NCBI GenBank assembly: GCA_964507075.1 | Contig: CAZDOL010000010.1 | Location: 1-8,584 of the forward strand | Source: an uncultured Gammaproteobacteria bacterium | GTDB taxonomy: Bacteria; Patescibacteriota; Patescibacteriia; UBA2591; UBA6264 | Direction of reading: 5' to 3' | DNA length: 8,584 nt | Shown: piece by piece, positions 6,828 to 8,584 of the stretch | How the letters are laid out: every line of letters starts with the position of its first letter | Position numbering within the stretch: the stretch's first letter is position 1 | Notes under the pieces: generated by a model | Database searches by the model: none | What the model was told of the DNA's origin: nothing | The model's input: only the letters and a program-made list of their open reading frames with translations | Program-made: the position numbers and the translations under genes

Positions 6828-6871
6828 AATGTTCCAATGTTCCAATGTTCCAATGTTCCAATGTTCCAATG
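6828..6871. repeat. Perfect tandem octanucleotide repeat, AATGTTCC x5.5 (minus strand TTGGAACA)
   Basis: Read directly from the sequence: aatgttcc at 6828, 6836, 6844, 6852 and 6860, plus aatg at 6868-6871. The array begins 2 nt after the stop codon (6874-6876) of the upstream gene and ends 44 nt before the pyrG ATG. Confidence 0.95.
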
Positions 6872-6873
6872 AT

Positions 6874-8487
6874 TTATCTAATATCTTCTTTCTTCTCTTT
6901 TAGAAAATATCTCCATTGTTCTAAAAATTCTACAAATATTAAAAAGGGAGTATCAATTAAAACATTAAAAGCTACCCCCAAAATATTAATTTTTTTCCAA
7001 CGAGCAAGAAGCCATTTGCCTAAACGAATTACTGGTAAAGAAAATAGATCTACAATAACCTGGAAAAAACTTTCTTTCTTCTCTGTGACATGCAACTCTC
7101 TAGACCTGTTTCTGATTTTTGTCCCAGTAAAAGCAATCAAGGAAGTAAACATGATTAATAAAGCATAGGATAACGGTGGATAACTTAATTTATAGAGGGC
7201 AAAAAGAATAAGACCAAAACAAACACAAAAACTAATAGTGTAAAGTAAATTATTAATCAATCTAAAAATTATATTGCCCTTGGGATAGATTTCCACTTCA
7301 TAACTTTCTTCTGGTTGATCATCATAAATTATTTTTTGCACTTCTTGAATAACCAACCTTCTGTTTTCTTTGGGTGGCATTCTAACGGTAGAAATCAAAA
7401 AGAGCATTAAACAAGTTGGGCCCAAAACATCTACTATAGCTGCCACAGGATTAATATTACCCATTACATATTTAGCAAAAGGAAACTCTAAAACATAAAG
7501 GGTAAATATATTAGTACAAAAAATAGATAAAGTACTATAAAAAGCTGCTCTACCTATACGAGATCGTAGCGTTTTAAGGCGCAAAGAATATGCTTTAGAA
7601 ACCAACTTATCTAAATTATTTTGATCAGGAATTTCAACTGCAATTTCTTGAGGATTTTCAGTTATAATGTCGTCTAAGAGCAAATAAGGTGTGTCATACC
7701 TCTCTGCTATTTTATAGAATTTATCTGCCAATGGATGATCTAGCGTTTTTTCAATGTCTTCTAAAATAATACAAATATTTTGAGCAAATTCTTGAATTTG
7801 ATCTTGAGAAGCACATTCCCAAAATGGATAACGACGTTTAATAAGGTTATAGCTAATAATCGGTAAATCTAATCTAAAAAGAGCTTGTTGAGCGGCAACA
7901 TAAATTTGTATATTTATTTCTTCTTCAGTAATCTCACTCAATTTTTGAGCTCTTTCACCAATTTTTATACGCGCCCTCATTATAGTTTCTACAAAGCTTA
8001 AAAGAGCATTTTGTTTAAAATAAAAATTTGGATCTAAGGTTTCTTCAATTTCGCAAGCCGCTATACCTAATATCCCCGTATAAAGCTCGCCTTTATTTTT
8101 ATCTTTAATATCTATTTTCTTTAAATTATCTAAAATAAAAATATATTTATCTAAAATATTTTGAGTTATACCAACCTTAGCTTTCTCTATGGGGGCATTA
8201 GAAAAATATCCTCCCCTTACTAATTCAAAAATAAAGGGCTCGGAAATTTGTTGTTCTTTGGTCCTTAAAAGCAACCTTCTTTTTAAAATTCTCTCAATAG
8301 CTACCCTTCTCATTAAATGCTGTTCTTTCCAGTCTACTATCTTTCTAATGCGCTCATAAAAAGAAGCTACCTTGCTGGCTACTTCATCAACCTTAATAGT
8401 AATCGCCTCTGGATCAGGAGTAAGCGATTTTTGCCAAAATTGATAATCTTTAATTAATTTTCGTATAGCTGGAGAAATCTCTGACAT
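6874..8487 (-). CDS. Hypothetical protein: ~310-aa N-terminal soluble, helix-rich domain plus ~6 predicted transmembrane segments; no family recognised
   Basis: This is a 537-aa uninterrupted ORF with an ATG start. Its AT-rich codon usage matches pyrG. Hydrophobic stretches include AAFYSTLSIFCTNIFTLYVL, AAIVDVLGPTCLMLFLISTV, LLYTISFCVCFGLILFALYKL, LSYALLIMFTSLIAFTG and ILGVAFNVLIDTPFLIFV. I recognise no catalytic motif. Confidence 0.75.
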   Translation of the reverse strand: MSEISPAIRKLIKDYQFWQKSLTPDPEAITIKVDEVASKVASFYERIRKIVDWKEQHLMRRVAIERILKRRLLLRTKEQQISEPFIFELVRGGYFSNAPIEKAKVGITQNILDKYIFILDNLKKIDIKDKNKGELYTGILGIAACEIEETLDPNFYFKQNALLSFVETIMRARIKIGERAQKLSEITEEEINIQIYVAAQQALFRLDLPIISYNLIKRRYPFWECASQDQIQEFAQNICIILEDIEKTLDHPLADKFYKIAERYDTPYLLLDDIITENPQEIAVEIPDQNNLDKLVSKAYSLRLKTLRSRIGRAAFYSTLSIFCTNIFTLYVLEFPFAKYVMGNINPVAAIVDVLGPTCLMLFLISTVRMPPKENRRLVIQEVQKIIYDDQPEESYEVEIYPKGNIIFRLINNLLYTISFCVCFGLILFALYKLSYPPLSYALLIMFTSLIAFTGTKIRNRSRELHVTEKKESFFQVIVDLFSLPVIRLGKWLLARWKKINILGVAFNVLIDTPFLIFVEFLEQWRYFLKEKKEDIR

Positions 8488-8522
8488 ATATTATATTATT
8501 AATCAATAATAGTTACCCCTTA

Positions 8523-8550
8523 ATTCTAATACAATTAAATGATTTGTCAA
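8523..8550 (-). promoter_or_regulatory. Sigma70-type promoter candidate for the membrane-protein/pyrG transcription unit
   Basis: On the minus strand there is TTGACA (8545-8550), a 16-nt spacer and TAGAAT (8523-8528), ending ~35 nt upstream of the ATG at 8487. This rests on sequence pattern only. Confidence 0.4.
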
Positions 8551-8584
8551 AAAAATATTTTATGTTAAAGTCAATAGTATGGAA

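Noticed and set aside
6828-6871. Octamer array as a CRISPR array or minisatellite-coded peptide
   Set aside because: The units are contiguous with no spacers and are far too short for CRISPR repeats. The array is outside the well-supported ORFs.
5212-7168. Plus-strand ORFs 5212-5448, 6334-6528 and 6845-7168
   Set aside because: These are antisense shadows of pyrG and the 537-aa gene in AT-rich sequence. The last one simply initiates inside the octamer repeat (MFQCSNVPM is translated repeat). The strong family motifs are on the opposite strand.
5146-8487. Alternative genetic code (UGA recoding as in some candidate phyla)
   Set aside because: All four ORFs are full length and show intact family motifs under the standard code with TAA/TAG stops. 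Nothing in this window requires recoding.

Overview
Every supported feature is on the minus strand. The composition is low-GC and bacterial. Reading 5'->3' on the minus strand, the order is: a candidate promoter (8523-8550), then a 537-aa multi-pass membrane protein of unknown function (6874-8487). Next comes a perfect 8-bp x 5.5 tandem repeat (6828-6871), followed by pyrG/CTP synthase (5146-6783) and a hairpin+U-tract terminator (~4935-4962). The last feature is a 23S rRNA gene that starts at about 4795 and runs off the left edge at roughly E. coli position 2590. No 16S gene or tRNA lies upstream of the 23S. The main result is that the 23S gene is split into four exons by three group I introns totalling 2046 nt. 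By my hand alignment these sit at E. coli-equivalent positions 1917 (2367-2691, ORF-less), 1931 (1608-2352, single-motif LAGLIDADG ORF) and about 2262 (329-1304, double-motif LAGLIDADG ORF). All three obey the U(-1)/omega-G rule and carry recognisable P, Q, R and S core elements. The first two introns are separated by a 14-nt micro-exon. Intron-rich, homing-endonuclease-bearing rRNA genes and an unlinked 23S are known hallmarks of CPR/Patescibacteria-type genomes, so the class of element is not new. The tandem-intron arrangement, the ORF/ribozyme overlaps, the octamer repeat and the uncharacterised membrane protein are the points worth follow-up. All coordinates and alignments were made by eye, and no database search was possible.
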